Shown here piece after piece: positions 1-13,542 of a stretch of DNA of 64,000 bases (position 1 is its first letter; each line of letters starts with the position of its first letter). The translations under genes were made by a program, and so were the position numbers. The stretch spans positions 4,650,001 to 4,714,000 of the forward strand of contig CM120647.1 in the NCBI GenBank assembly GCA_051362555.1. Reading direction: 5' to 3'. Under the pieces are notes generated by a model, which worked only from the letters and a program-made list of their open reading frames with translations, was not told the DNA's origin and searched no databases. Source of the stretch: Lingula anatina. Lineage: Eukaryota > Animalia > Brachiopoda.

Positions 1-1683
1 TGAAGACCGAGGCTGCACGTAGTCCATCTGCCCATATGTTTGACGCCGGTTTATCCACGAAAGATGGCGCTTTTGTATAACCAGGCCCATGTGTGCTGTG
101 GATGAGTTTCAGCACAGAATTGTTAGCTGCGTCATGCCGGTAGGAGTGGCCTGGCATGACTGTGGTCTCCGGGGCACGCGTCACGTTCTGATGATCACAC
201 AGAGGCGCCAAGAACGGTTCGGCGAACAATGGGGCGACTATGATGCCCACCCCCAAACCAACATGGGCCAGGTGGAGAGGAACCATGGCTTCCTCCCCCC
301 ACATCTGTATCATGGCTGTGTTGCCACCTAGAATGGATAAAGGGTTTAATATAATAATCCTTATACGGCATAAACGTACGTGTACCTTCGGAAATATTTT
401 TATGCTCGATAATCTATGATCAAGTATGTAAACAAAATAAGATTTGAAAATGCTTATCTTTCTGGGTAAAGACAAGATAATCAGTAAGTAGTAGGATCAT
501 GGTCTTGATATTTGTTTTGAAAATGCGGCTTGAGTCAGTGCTTGTCGTTTTCGCATGTAAAGGGGCGTCTAAAAGACGCACGCGTAGGCTCCTATGGGCC
601 ATGGTAGAGATCAACATAGGAAGGGTATCCTGTGCAAATAAATCGTCTAATATATCTTCTAACACAAACAAACGACACACATAAATGTCACAGACTTCAA
701 AATTTACTCTGGATTTGTAAAGATAAAACAGGGGTATAAACATGTGCGTGCATCAGTTTGGGAAAATATTGCATCGATTACGAGATAAAAAGACTGATAC
801 GAAAACGTGATGTTAAAAACATAAACGTTTAATTCTAAAACGATGCCCAGCTTCATGGCCTTAAATTTAATACTTGTTGGGTGACATACAATGTACCTGT
901 GAACAGGAAGGCAGCTCCGACCCCCTGGAAGAAGGTCAACCCTCCCAGTAGTAATGTGTATCTTGCCCATGGCAAAGCTGCCGTGGCCACACCAACCGCC
1001 AACATACTGACCGATAGCAGGACGTCTTGGTGTTTGGAAAATCTGGAAAGATGACAGAAAACATTATTTGACTGCATAATGAAGTCAAACGATTTACATG
1101 TTATAAAGAATGTGGCCCACTATATCACAATGTGTAATAAGGAAAGAAAAAATATTCTCAATAAACCACCACCTAGTCAACCAAAGTAACGAGCGCACAC
1201 TGCAATTGTAAAATCTGATCACAGTTATTGTATAAACAATATTGTAATTTACTATTGTAATTTTAGTTATATGATTATATTATGTATACTGTTAGGTCAT
1301 AGTCATTATAAAAAATGTACTTGAACCGCAATAAATAATAATAAAAAAATTATTTGAGGACGTGTTGATTAAATAAGTCAATAAATAAACAGATAAATAA
1401 ACACACGTGCAATATCTTTAAAGAAACTGACACTAGTGAATGAATTAAAATTAAAATTAAATTAAAAAGGCGAAGACGTGAATCGGTTGGAGTGAAATTA
1501 AGAATGGTTTCTCTAATAGCCAAATATTTATTTCTGCTTGATTGCTAATTAAAACGTCATACGGCACATTATCAGGTATTACAGGTGGAAGGTTTTAATA
1601 AGACCAATTATTAAAAAAATGGACTGAATTTGAATGTAATAATGTATTCATTAAACATTGGTAAGTTTACCCCAGGGCAATTT

Positions 1684-1730
<47 letters not shown>

Positions 1731-4204
1731 TGCCACAACAAACATTTAAATCAATTGTTATCCATTTAAATTTAACTCGGTTTGCCCGATATATGTGTCT
1801 GTATTGATAGTAAGCCATGAGGGGTGGGGCCTGTGTCCACTTCTGTCTACATATATCTACGATTTTGGTTGAGTGAACTATCAATAAACCGTGTATGATT
1901 AGCACGGGTGCTGATAATATTGATCTATTGGCAATGGAACAAGACCTCCTTAACTTAATTGTGTCAATATAATTATGTTTTAACCGCTGAATACATGAGT
2001 TCTCTGATAAAATCGATAATCTTTGCTCGTGCATGTTCATCATGTCCTAAATTAGAAGAAATGTGGGCCTCATAACCATGTGGAAAGAGATAAAATGACT
2101 GCAACCTGTGTAATTCCTATGCCCGATTATCTAATCTGTGACATAAGCATTGACGCCATCACTGACTGTGTTATGTGGGTTACTAGAGACCATAATTAGG
2201 TCAATATACGGTCACAAGCAGCATAATTTTGATAAGACAAGATGGCATTCAATGCAAACAATGAAATTAATATTGACTAATGAAGCATCACTTAATCTTT
2301 CTTAAGTGTTTGTGTCCTTATTCAGCTTGGTATTACAATGTATTAGCGCTGATTAATTATTATTACAAGAGTAAAGTCTCGCTGTTGCATAAATATGTTA
2401 TGTAATCAGTACGCCTATCTTTCTCTTTGTTCACCTTTTGCTTTTTTTAACAGGAGGCACAAGCATCGCTTTTGTTGCAAAATTAATGCTTAATGATCAG
2501 CCAGTTGTCAGCACGTAAAGTGTTAATTTTTACTGTCAGACAGGGCCGTACAACGGGACGCAGAAAGGACGTGTAAAGGGGCTTTTTTCGATCGTCTGCC
2601 TCGCTCGTGTTGAGCGTTGGTTGATGCTTATTTACTAGCTACCACGTCGCGGTGCAACAAACAATAAGGTACGCTCCTCCACTGTGCACTCAAGCCTCCG
2701 ACTGATGTTCGCCGCTTGCAACTGCTCAGGTGTCATGCCATGCTTCCATGACCAGAAGTTTGCCCTTTGCTGTTTTGAAACTGTCTATTTTGACGCAGGA
2801 AAGGCGGCCTGGCACGTGGCTGCCTGAGTGACTTATGTAAGGGTCTTATCTTTAACCACCGGAAGTAAGCGCGTAAGGTTAGGACCCTTCCTCAAGGCCT
2901 TCCACCACCTTCCCCTTTCCCTCTCCCACCCCGCCGTTATTCTTCATCTAAATATCTACCCATCCATTTCAAATTCGATCCCCATGCAACGCACTAAACA
3001 AAAAAGCCGGCATTTGTGACGACCCGATATGTCCAACAGGCCAGATATGTCCTACGACAAGAGAAGGCCAGAAATCTCCGACAAAAAAGAGCCTGATGTG
3101 TTTGCCAGGCCAAATATGTCCGACAAAAAAGAGACATATGTGTCCGACAGGCAGGTCGTAGGACATTTCTGGCCTATCGAACATAATATCGGGCCGCCAC
3201 AGCATTTCATAAATGCATCTACTTGTACGTATTTCTCCCATCTCCTACCTGTTAAAGACATAGCTCCCCAGGACTGCGGCTACCAGCAGCCCCGCACTGC
3301 GCCCTGTCAGACCGTCCGACACCTGCTCGCAGTCTGCGTGGTACAGCTGCATCAAGTCCAGCAGAGCAGGAGTGTTAAGGCCATACACGATACCCTGGGG
3401 GTGGAATAAAAAGATAGATCGATGATAGAAAAATTAAATAAAAATAATAAATAGATAAACAACAAATTAATAAGTGAACGATAAATAAATAAATAAATAA
3501 ATAATTAAATAAATAAATAAATAAGATGCGAAGAAACAAATGAATAACAAGGGCAGCAATTAAACACGTAAGCTATAAACGATACTCTGGAATAAATAGA
3601 CAAAATAGCTAATTAACTAACTAACTAAATAACTAAATTAATTAATTAATTAACATAAAACATTTAAAGCATTCTGATTAAATTGAGAGGGGGAGGGAGT
3701 GAAAATAACCCTCTTTTTAATGACAAGTGATGCAATTTACTACTTTTTTTTTCAAAGATTCAATCATATTACTTGGCTGTTAGTAGAATCCTATACGTTC
3801 ATATGTGATCTTTTGTTTATACTGTTTAATGTGATATGCCGTAATATAAAGGCTACTTTTTATTGATTGTTATATTTATCTATTTGTACGTGATACTTTG
3901 CAGGTTTATCTAAGTAGGCCCTATTAGTCAATTGAGGGTAGGTGGTGATTCAATGAACGTAATGGATTCTAAAAGAAACCGGTGACAAGAGCAGTTAGCT
4001 CTGTATTGTCTACTTGATTAAATTGAAAAAAAAAGACTCTCGTACCTCAAAACAAAGCGCCCAGGCGATAATCACGGTCTTGACCACTCGGTAGACCTTT
4101 GGGACGCCAGTGTCCGGCGCCTGGTCATTCTTTCCAAACGCCGCACTGGTCGTATACTGCTTCAGTTCCCGTCCATGCGGGCCGCTTAGATCATCGCTTC
4201 CCAT
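1..4204 (-). CDS. MFSD4: MFS transporter, MFSD4/sodium-dependent glucose transporter 1 (NaGLT1)-like; 3' part outside window
   Basis: Phase-consistent GT-AG exons 4204-4046 (MGSDDLSG...VKTVIIAWALCFE), 3394-3249 (GIVYGLNTPALLDLMQLY...GRSAGLLVAAVLGSYVFN), 1042-897 (FSKHQDVLLSVSMLAVGVATAALPW...FQGVGAAFLFT) and 327-<1 (GGNTAMIQMWGEEAMVPLHLAHVGLGVGIIVAPLFAEPFL). The GGN..W G..H..GxG..APL motif and hydrophobic helices resemble MFSD4. Confidence 0.8.
2440..2585. mobile_element. Partial PIF/Harbinger-like MITE (CCCCTTTACACTGGACGGCGTCC family)
   Basis: Ends in gggacgcagaaaggacgtgtaaagggg; shares internal sequence with copies at ~19.8, 51.8, 53.5 and 54.5 kb. Confidence 0.5.
3018..3175. repeat. Degenerate short repeat cluster (gatatgtccgaca units) in MFSD4 intron
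   Basis: About 6 imperfect copies of (a)tatgtcc(g/a)aca, with an inverted copy near 3155-3175. Confidence 0.5.
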
Positions 4205-5142
4205 GCAGAGTGAGGAGGTGAACGTCCAGCAATGTGCCTCGCTGTGATTGCCAGATATTACACGGGTCCTTTATGAAGAGGATAAACGACCTGATCGTTC
4301 AATATAACAGTATTTAGTAGCGGCTACAGTCTGGTCCAAAAATGCGGACTTTCTGTCTGGTAAATATATATGTATTTTTTTAATGAGACAGTCTGCGACT
4401 ATCTTGCAGGTGATACGTCGGGACTGAAATAAAGTGCATGCGTACTCTGCAAAACTATATCTTTTAACCTTGAACATAAACTGTGCAACTCCACTGAATA
4501 TATTGACAAAAATCACTGCCGTTTTACCTCGTATTAGTCCCAGTCCAATCAGCCACTGCACCAAAAAACTTCGTCAAATTAAATAGTTTATGATTGCTCG
4601 CACGATTTCAGTTTCCTAGTCGTTCATGTGCCAGTGCGTTAGTTCTTCTCAGTGATCGTTGTTATAGTCCGTGCTTCGAAATAAATATGAACCTTTTTCG
4701 GTTGGTAAACAGTAAACAAGTACTCAGACACGCGTACTGTAGTCCAGTGAGGAGTTATTTTTGATTACGTTAACTAGTAACCGTCTCAGCAACGAACGAG
4801 GCGGGATTCTAGTTATGATGAGACAAAGCCGCCAAAATACAACCGTGGGACGAATCCTTTGGCGTCACTGCCAGGCCGTTCGTGTCGGAAACATCTGCTG
4901 GCATCTGTATCTGTTAAGTTTGACAGTTTATGTACTGTAGAATGTTCTCACGTGTTTTAGCACGCTGTAACGGCATCATTGACAGGTCAGGTGGATTATC
5001 TAGTTATTAATTAACCAACAGCGACGGACCCCTGATAATACGCCATATGTCGCACTGGTTGGATTTGCCCCAAAGAGCGCATTCAGAACAACGAACTAAC
5101 AGATCCGCAGATCAAATGTAGCAACTCACTAGATTAGACATT

Positions 5143-5360
5143 CACCCCATTTCCATAGATTAGATCGACCTACTTTAGATCGACCTAACTCCCTGGGGGT
5201 TCACTCTAAATAGCTGTCAGCCGGGCGGACACGAAAGTTAATTATCCCCTTACAGCTTGTAGTAGGCGGGACGGACATTTAAGTTTGGATTATCTGAAAG
5301 TAATCTAGTGAGACTCCCTGCGGGGATAGATCGATCTAAAATCTATGGGAATAGAGCCAT
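5143..5360. mobile_element. MITE with tagatcgatcta-rich inverted termini
   Basis: ccccatttccatagattagatcgacc ... gatcgatctaaaatctatgggaatag inverted ends; related copies at ~25675-25945, ~42378-42615 and ~62590-62835. Confidence 0.55.
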
Positions 5361-5414
5361 TGAATAAACCCCCGTGGAGATAACGCAACAAGCACTAATA
5401 GGGTCGGTCATATT

Positions 5415-5655
5415 TCACACACTGGACAATAAAAGTGTCACCCCCTGAATCAGAGTAATCAAAGTTATTAACCTGAAGAGGTGGAATATAAGCAATATAA
5501 GAATATCGATACAGTTGAATTGTTCAGTCAGAACCGTTTCTTTTGTGAAATTTATTAAGATAAAAGGATAGAAGGAGCATATTATTCCACAGTCATTTAT
5601 CTCCCCCAAAGTATTGGTTCAGTAGGGGTGGCACTTCTATTGCCCAGTGTGTGTA
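5415..5655. mobile_element. Tc1/mariner-type MITE, copy 1 of 3
   Basis: TIRs cacactggacaataaaagtgtcacccc / ggggtggcacttctattgcccagtgtg; homologous copies at ~22502-22743 and ~33725-33950. Confidence 0.65.
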
Positions 5656-8081
5656 ATTATACAAGTCCGCTGTTCTGAATGGGCTAAGACTAAGAGGGCA
5701 ATAGACGAGTTAGTTTCACTGCAATTAATTCTGCAACGCAATGTCTGTAACAAAAAAAAAAAAATCATATTTATATTTGCACTCCGACATTCAGACGTCT
5801 CACAAGTCACTTTCTTAAGTGAAAAGATCACGTATATTTTAGCCTGTACATATAACCACTCGCTGAAGAACGTACTAGTACGACGCCAACTATCTCCTGC
5901 TAACATGATTAAAGAAAAATGTATAAAATGTTTATTTGAATCCAAATTTGACGAATTTCAGCTATTTTATGAACAATTAAATGAAATGCTGACACGGACT
6001 TGAATGCAATGATGATTCCCGACTGCATAATATTCCTACACGCATCTCTCTCTCACTCTCTCTCTCTCTCTCCATATATAATGCACCGTAATGTCATATA
6101 TAGTCCCTTCCTTAACCGATTGAATTGATTATTTATCAATCGGTTTTTCTTATCCAGGACATTAAATCGTTTTAAACTTTAGTAGAGTAGAACAAAACCT
6201 GCCGTTTATTTCTACAGCAGGGATGGGTATCTCACCACAATAATCAACAATTCCCAATCATGGTACATGTGCAACGCACCGCGTCCCTAAATAGCTTTTG
6301 TTGAAATGTATCAGTGTCTGATATCTGTCTGGCGCCCATTTTATATAACGGTGGAATATATAGATGAAGTCATTCACATTTCCACGTAAAATGACATATA
6401 TGCGTTACCAGAAATACGCATGACACTACGACAGCGGAAATACCAGTTCACTTACCGGACTTACACAGTATTTTGATAAGGTCATCAATTATGAATATTC
6501 TTTTCACTTCTGACCTTTATGAATTAAGCTAAATACATTAACCGAAAAATAGCCTCTACCCAAAATGACGTCGATATCTTCATAGTCTTTAGACATGCGA
6601 CTTAAATGCTGCAGGGGATTTTGGACAGGAAATGTTACTGAAGTACTGTACCCCCTTGCGCAGACGTTTTGTAACACTGTGCTGCAATTTTACCGGTAGC
6701 ACTGTGTGAGGTTTTACTAACACGGTTGGTTACGTTCGTCAGGCTCCTGTTTCAGAAAAAAAAACCCCTAAAATAATCAGCGTAATTACCATTTAGACAA
6801 ATATGAAATGTTGATCTGTGGTACATCATCAATACTCCGATTTAATAAAACATGGCGGACGAAGAAAATGCTCAATTTTGGCTTTGTATAACACTAATAT
6901 TACATATAAGTGAACAACTCTGAATTTAATTCAAACTGAGGTAGATTAAGTAGTTGTCTAGTAGTGTGGAGCATGTTGTGCCATGGCTCTGTGAATTTTG
7001 AAACCAAGTCCCCAAGGTCTATGAGGCCGACATATAGGGGCCTAATACTAAGCCATATTGTGTTTATACTTTTAAACATGCTCAGGACTAAAAGCTGCTA
7101 AAATATGGTAAAACTAAAGAACGACAGAGAGCCCTTATTACATTTAAAAGATCCCTAAATGTATATATTTAATAACTATAAAACTGTGAGCAAGTTTAGT
7201 GCTGTTCGTTTTCCGTAATGTTCAGTGAATGTTCCTGGAGAGCTTTGGTGGCATTATGTTTAATCAGTGATGAAGAGACCATGTCGACACAACCCGCTTT
7301 CTTGTTTCCGTCTTCATCTTCTTCCTCCTCTTCTTCTTTTTCTTTTTACAGGTATATGCTTAAGTGCTTGTAAATTCCAAAGGCAATGGCCCATTTTGAA
7401 GTTTAGATACATTTAGATAGGGTCTACAATTTTTGCATGTGTAAATGTGGAAATGAAATGACAGCTTTTGTGGAAAGGGGTTAGTTTCTCAGACAAATTT
7501 CACGAAGCAGAGTTTGTTTTATTTCTGACTAGATCGCGCTTGGCGCCGGTCGCCACAAGTGTGTAACATCAGGTCATTACTACGTTGTTTAAATTGTACT
7601 GGTGTCGTATACATCAAACGTTGGCAATGGTTATCAAATTTAACGAGCGCATGTTGGGGCAAAATGTTCCATTGCTGCTGCACTCAAACAACCGAGAGTT
7701 AAAACACATTTCAAGACTGGAACGAATTTTCATTTTCTTTAACATTTTCTCGCCATAATATAAATTGCAGTTCTTTATGATAAACATACCTGTATTTTTC
7801 AATAGCAAAAACGTATTCAAGGTACGTCATATCTTAAAACTGGTTTTATTTCAGCCTCTACATTAACGTGACCGTTTGTATTTCAACCACAATCCTAAGG
7901 AAGCTATGTTTAAACGCGCCTTTTGATAACACGCAGTTTCTCCCAGTTAATACGTACGTCACATATCTCTTGTACCAGACAGCAATTAAATTCGTCCTTG
8001 ACGACCACATTAACCAGGGGCAAAGTTATGTCCACAACAACAACACTATAATTGCGCCAACTGCGTATATGCAATCAACAG

Positions 8082-8090
8082 TATATAAAG
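8082..8090 (+). promoter_or_regulatory. TATA box of the vWA gene
   Basis: TATATAAAG about 80 bp upstream of a strong-Kozak ATG (ccgccATGG, 8166). Confidence 0.55.
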
Positions 8091-8165
8091 CCACTGCGCC
8101 CCGTGCACGTTGTTGTTTAAGAAACCGTGACACTCTAGGTTGTTTTTTTACCTGTCAATACCGCC

Positions 8166-10888
8166 ATGGAGCGATTATATGTTCTTATTCTGACCGCTGC
8201 ACTGTTGCTAGCGGAGGGGTACGCGCAGATTGATTTGATCCAAAACGTAGGTAAGTTGCCGTTTAATTTACCTCTGTCCACCGGTGCCTTACGAAACAGC
8301 AACCCTGTAGTGGTATGCTCAAGTGTATTACTTTCCAAGCTCAATTGCCTGCATCTGTGAGCGTCTGTAGATGGCTTATAACAGAACTATATTTATATCT
8401 TTATCATAATATTAATATTGTTAAACATTCTTAGTGTATTTTGGTGCAATTAAAGAAAGTAAAAAGACCTCAACACATGCTGGTGCAGGTACGTGCGTGC
8501 AAACATAAGTAAAATAATGTGGTTGTGTGTACCACCAATGCCCTTTCACCCCTAAATGTTTAATTTTTTTTTATTATTGATTATTGATTGATTATTGATC
8601 CGGATCACCAGCAAAAACTAATCACCTGTTCCTTGGCCCACTTCTGACAGTTCCTGGAAATTTTATCAAAATCGGTCCACAACTTTTTTTTTTTTATTAT
8701 TATTGATTGTTTATTGATCTGGATCACCACCAAAAACGTATCAACTCTTCCTTGGCCCACTTCTGACAGTTCCTGAAAATTTCATCAAAATCGGTCTTTA
8801 ACTTTTTGAGTTATGTTGATGACAGACAGACAGACAAACAGGGGTGAAAAAATAACCTCCTTGGCGGAGGTAATTATCCATTCCCATTTTTTTTTCTCTA
8901 TATTGATCTTATTGACATTTTTACTGATATATTTGCTATCTTATTTGAACGCTTGAAATGTGCGGTAACACAAGGTGTAATGTGCGTAGCTTTGAAACTT
9001 GTGTTTTTACAACTCATTTTGTCGCTATCTTAGCCTTGCAGTAGTTAAATAAAGCCTTGTCTATCCTGGATAGTATTAACAGATACGGATAATCTTTTCT
9101 CATATTCCTACGAAAAGGACTTTTTTTAATAACTCAACCCTTCGTCACGCAGTTCCTCGCTTTTATTTACATTTTATGACATCAAGCACCGTCCTATCCT
9201 CCTTTTAGTCTCTCTCAGATGGTGCCCCCAGAAAACATTTCCCTTTACCTCGATCTTTTGTAAAAAAAATGTTCAAGGTTGGTTTCTACGGTCTCTATAT
9301 TATCATGATGCAATATTTAATCCCCCAATTGATTACAAATGATTTGCTTATATTAGGCGCAGCATTGCAAGCGGCACGACTCGCCAATACATTGACGAAA
9401 GTCCTATCCCCGTGTTCTGTGCGAGACGCTGCTTGCAAGGTTACAAATGTCGATGTCGTGCTGGCACTGGACGCCAGCGGCAGCATCGATGATGCCGAGT
9501 TCACCTCAGCAAAAGATGCCTCAAAGGTAGTCATTTCCTTATACGAGTTCGAGATACAGTGTTAACCAACCTAAGGGATCTGTTTATTTCTGTCGGGTGC
9601 TGTCACATGTACTATGACATACGGTGGCTCACATGCTGCATTCGGTCTATTTTATGTTTATATCATGATATTTTTGCTGGTCGTAGGAAATTTCTAAATG
9701 TTCACCTTTTAGAATTAGATTAACTGAAAACAATATATATATATCGATTTACCTTCAGATTATCGTCGAAACCATCGATATTTCTCATCCAATTCTCCCT
9801 GGTGGAACCCGAGTTGGTGCGTTGAAATTTACCAGGGGCGTGGTGAGGGAGTTCGAGTTGAATGAGCATACCAGCTTGGCCAGTGTTAAGACTAACATTG
9901 ACTCAATCCAAAACGGAAGTAAGTCGAGTCTAAAGTAGTACTCCTAAAGGATGCACGTGTACGAATCAAGGCCACAAACACGTACGCAACACACGACACA
10001 CACACACACACACACACACATTGAGACACAGGAGAGACAGAGAGATAATTTCAATTTTCATTTAATCTAAAACGAAACAACAACACAAAGTTCGACATTT
10101 TCAATGAAGTAATGATTAACGTATGCACACTTACCAAGTCATTTTTTTTTTTGTTCTCAAGATGGACTTACGAACATTCAACTGGCGTTGGAGACTTCGC
10201 AGCTCATGATTGAGAAAGATTTCGTTGAAGAGAACAATGAGCTTATATGGCTACTTACTGACGGGCAATCTACCGTGGGTAATCCAATACCAAGAGCCAC
10301 CAATATTAAGAAACTTGGTTAGTATATCAACAAATGATGTTTTACAAAACATCTAGAGTGAAAAACCATTCTCATGAACGGCTTAGTTTTAGTTTTGTTT
10401 TACGATGACCTTATGTTAAAAGTTTACCAATGCTGCCTTGGAGGAACAATGCCAGTAATTAGTCTATAGCTATACGTTATCACCGTCCTTACAATGGTGT
10501 TCATTTATTTTAATTGTTTGGTGTCAGTAAGTCTATTTGGGCATGTGGAATATATACTTATAGCAAGCCGAAGAATATTAAATGAATCTTACATATGGAT
10601 TCATAATAAATCAGTATCTTGTTAATGATGCCCTTTAAATCAAATGTAGACCTGCTCACAACTGAAATGATTTCTTGTTATTTCCGAAATTTATTTTCTG
10701 ATTAATGCATTTTCTTTATTTTTATAGGATGGACCATCTGCGTGGTTGCCATTGGTAACAATGTGAATGACGCCGAAATAAACGCCATAGCGTCCCCAGA
10801 CTGTGTTTTCAAATTTGGAGATTTTGCACAGTACGTGAAAGTTGCAACATTGGCTCTAAATCGAATCCAAGCAAGTCGTGCTGCTTGA
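8166..10888 (+). CDS. Secreted single von Willebrand factor A domain protein (~243 aa)
   Basis: Five phase-consistent exons 8166-8250, 9357-9526, 9759-9918, 10162-10317 and 10728-10888 (732 nt). Signal peptide MERLYVLILTAALLLAEGYA; complete MIDAS elements DVVLALDASGS, GLTNIQLAL and WLLTDGQS; ICVVAIG..EINAIAS; TGA stop. Confidence 0.9.
8560..8873 (+). mobile_element. Helentron-associated non-autonomous element (HINE/DINE-1-like) in vWA intron 1
   Basis: Two tandem ~120-bp units (gatccggatcacca...aaaatcggtc), a (GACA)n tract and a terminal hairpin aacctccttggcggaggtaat. Confidence 0.6.
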
Positions 10889-11661
10889 AGGTTCAGTTTC
10901 TAGGAATTCTTACATTGTGTTGACTCTGGGATCTTTTCGTGACCCCATCAAACCTACTTTTGGAGAAGAGATCGATCGCTGAAGTGGAAGATACATGACC
11001 AAATCACTGCTATAATCTAAACAACGAATGATAATTATATAGTGCTGCATGCAGAATCTATAACCATATAGTAAACGATGGCATTTAAATGTAACATGTT
11101 TTATGGTCGGGTTTATGTATCTCTCTTTGTCGAACAGTTGCCGTACTGTTTCGCATTTGCTGAGTATTGTACACTATCACACACTCTTTATTGTGCTTAC
11201 TGGCATTTTACTATATCTGTTTAACGCTTTAAAATGTAACATAATTATAAATGCAATGCATTTTCTTCCATATTGTCAGAAATACATTGTACGAACATTG
11301 AACTGAATACGCTCACTGCATTGTGTTCATTAAAGATCACGTGCATGCCTGAAGTCATTTGTTACAGTCTATCTCAATCATGAAAATCCACATAATGCAA
11401 ACCGTGGCCAAGTTTATTGTTTGAATGTGTGTGCTAATCAGAAAAAAATCACAAGCTAAACAATTAAATAAAATTGAAACTTAAAAAAAAAATTCAATGT
11501 AACGTATGCAGTGCATTGGAAAAGGGATTGTTTTGTCAGCTATTTTCCTTCAATCTTTTCTTTTAGTACCCCAGGAACAAAAGTAATTTCCAAATTGACT
11601 GAGTTCTTTAGAATAAGTTTTCTTAATATAAACTGTCTTTATATAAAAAAGTAAAACCAAG

Positions 11662-11923
11662 CAGTGGTGGATTTAGAGGGGTGTCGGGGAGGAGGGGGGT
11701 CCTGACTCTCCCTTGGATTGCTATAAACAAAACACACCGATAGTCCCCTCTTCAAATTAAACCTTTGGCTAGCTGAATCATACCAATGTACCAAATGGCC
11801 CCGTTCACCCTCTAAAATATTTTTTTCGGGCCCAAACCTCACGCCAAGGAGGGGAAGGGGGTGGGAGGGTCGACTTTGCATCCATAGACCCTCTCCCCTT
11901 CAAATAATCCTGGATCCGCCCCT
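11662..11923. mobile_element. hAT-like MITE (CAGTGGCGGAT...ATCCGCCCCTG family)
   Basis: Imperfect termini cagtggtggatt / ggatccgcccctg; other copies at 20925-21193, ~19345-19395 (truncated) and 59273-61563 (interrupted). Confidence 0.6.
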
Positions 11924-12424
11924 GCGTTGTTATAGTTGGACTAAGATTAACTCACGCGACTAAAAAAAAAAAAAAAAAAAAAAAAAGTCCTCATAACGTT
12001 TTGATTAAACGGTTTGATAACATTGAAGATATCCAATAACTTTTATTAGGTCTCTTTCTCATATTGCACTGGAATTTTCTAATCGATTTTTTTTAAATAT
12101 CCAAATCGTTGGACATCGAGTATTTTAAATTGTCACATGTAACGTTTATCTTCAGTGTGGTAGAGGAGATATAGACACAATGTAAAAATTGGCATGCATA
12201 AAGTTGTGTCTTCCTTTATCGATATAAAGATGTAAGAGGTGTACGCAAAGTAGAATGAAACGGAAGTTTGACAGAGAGGATGTGAACTCTTTATTGACAA
12301 AACCCCTTTTACACTGGACGGCGTCCTTTGTGCGTTCTTTGTGGGACCATGAAACTGACATCGCTGTGGTCGTATTTGAAAACCGGTTCTACAGCAGTGT
12401 GAGGCTCCAGTTCAATTGTCAATG

Positions 12425-12790
12425 GTCACAGCGGTCTTCCCTGCAGCGGTCTACCCAGCAGCCCTAGACGTCAGCGGTCTACCCAGCAGTCCTAGACGTC
12501 AGCGGTCTACCCAGCAGCCCTAGACGTCAGCGGTCTACCCAGCAGGCCTAGACGTCAGCGGTCTACCCAGCAGCCCTAGACATCAGCGGTCTACCCAGCA
12601 GCCCTAGATGTCAGCGGTCTCACCATCGGTGGCTTTCTCACCGGCCCTCGTCACAGCGGTCTTCCCTGCAGCGGTCTACCCAGCAGCCCTAAACGTCAGC
12701 AGTCTCACCATCGGTGGCTTTCTCACCGGCCCTCGTCACAGCGGTGTAGCTAGCAGCCTTAGACGTCAGTGTTCTCACGCTCGGCTGTCA
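12425..12790. repeat. 28-bp minisatellite with higher-order ~85-bp duplication
   Basis: About 6 tandem copies of cagcggtctacccagcagccctagacgt from 12444, then two copies of a longer unit containing caccatcggtggctttctcaccggccctcgtcacagcggt. Confidence 0.9.
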
Positions 12791-13111
12791 CCTTGATTGG
12801 ATAGTAAACGATTGTCGTAAAATCGCTAAATGATATTAAAACCGGGTGCATAAACTTGAAAACCACCTAGGACAACCTTGGAGTGCCACATTAATCCAAT
12901 ACAATGCAAAAATAAACTATAATAAGTGGTTAAAGCCTTCAAACCGAATGTCGTAAAGTCCCCATATACCTCCATAGAGACAATAAAATAGAGTAAGCTT
13001 GTGAAACAAGATTCCACAATTTTAAACATAATAATCGAAATAAAATACTGCCGGGCATCGGAGAGGCCTAAAACTTGGCACGCTTACCGCAAATACTGCA
13101 GGCTACAGGCT

Positions 13112-13271
13112 TAATCCAAATTCCTGCTTTGACGATTGAGTCGGTCCACTCCACAATCCAATTCAGGAAATGACGTAACCGCAGAGGTCGCATTGTCCAA
13201 TGGCATGGCTTCTTTTTCGTAATGGGAGGTTAGAGAGGACCGACTCAATCGTCAAAGCAGGAATTTGGATT
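13112..13271. mobile_element. Small inverted-repeat element (MITE-like) upstream of the glycosyltransferase gene
   Basis: aatccaaattcctgctttgacgattgagtcggtcc ... ggaccgactcaatcgtcaaagcaggaatttggatt, ~35-bp perfect inverted arms. Confidence 0.65.
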
Positions 13272-13542
13272 TACGGTTTGATTGTGCGTATGCCATGCAC
13301 GGAATTTACAAACGAGCGACGGGATGATGTAGCTTGCAGTATATATTCATGCATGGATTATGCTACAAGTAAAGCGCCGCCTATGGTGACGTCTAAGTTT
13401 TATATTTTCCGTATTATTAGAACATGAATCGCTTTTCAACGTTCATTATTAATTGCTCACGTTCTACCAGCAGTTATTTGCGAGAGACACGTTATTTCAT
13501 CTGAGGATCTGTTCTATTGGATTTATCACTTCGCTTGACTTC

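Noticed and set aside
3249-3394. Apparent frameshift or stop in MFSD4 exon 2
   Set aside because: Recounting the G run (GCG GGG CTG) keeps the frame open; the 146-nt exon is phase-consistent.
6845-6925. aacATGGCG start or YY1-like motif suggesting an extra gene
   Set aside because: The frame closes after ~23 codons with no convincing splice partner.
12425-12790. CRISPR-like array
   Set aside because: Units are contiguous with no unique spacers, there are no cas genes, and the context is eukaryotic.
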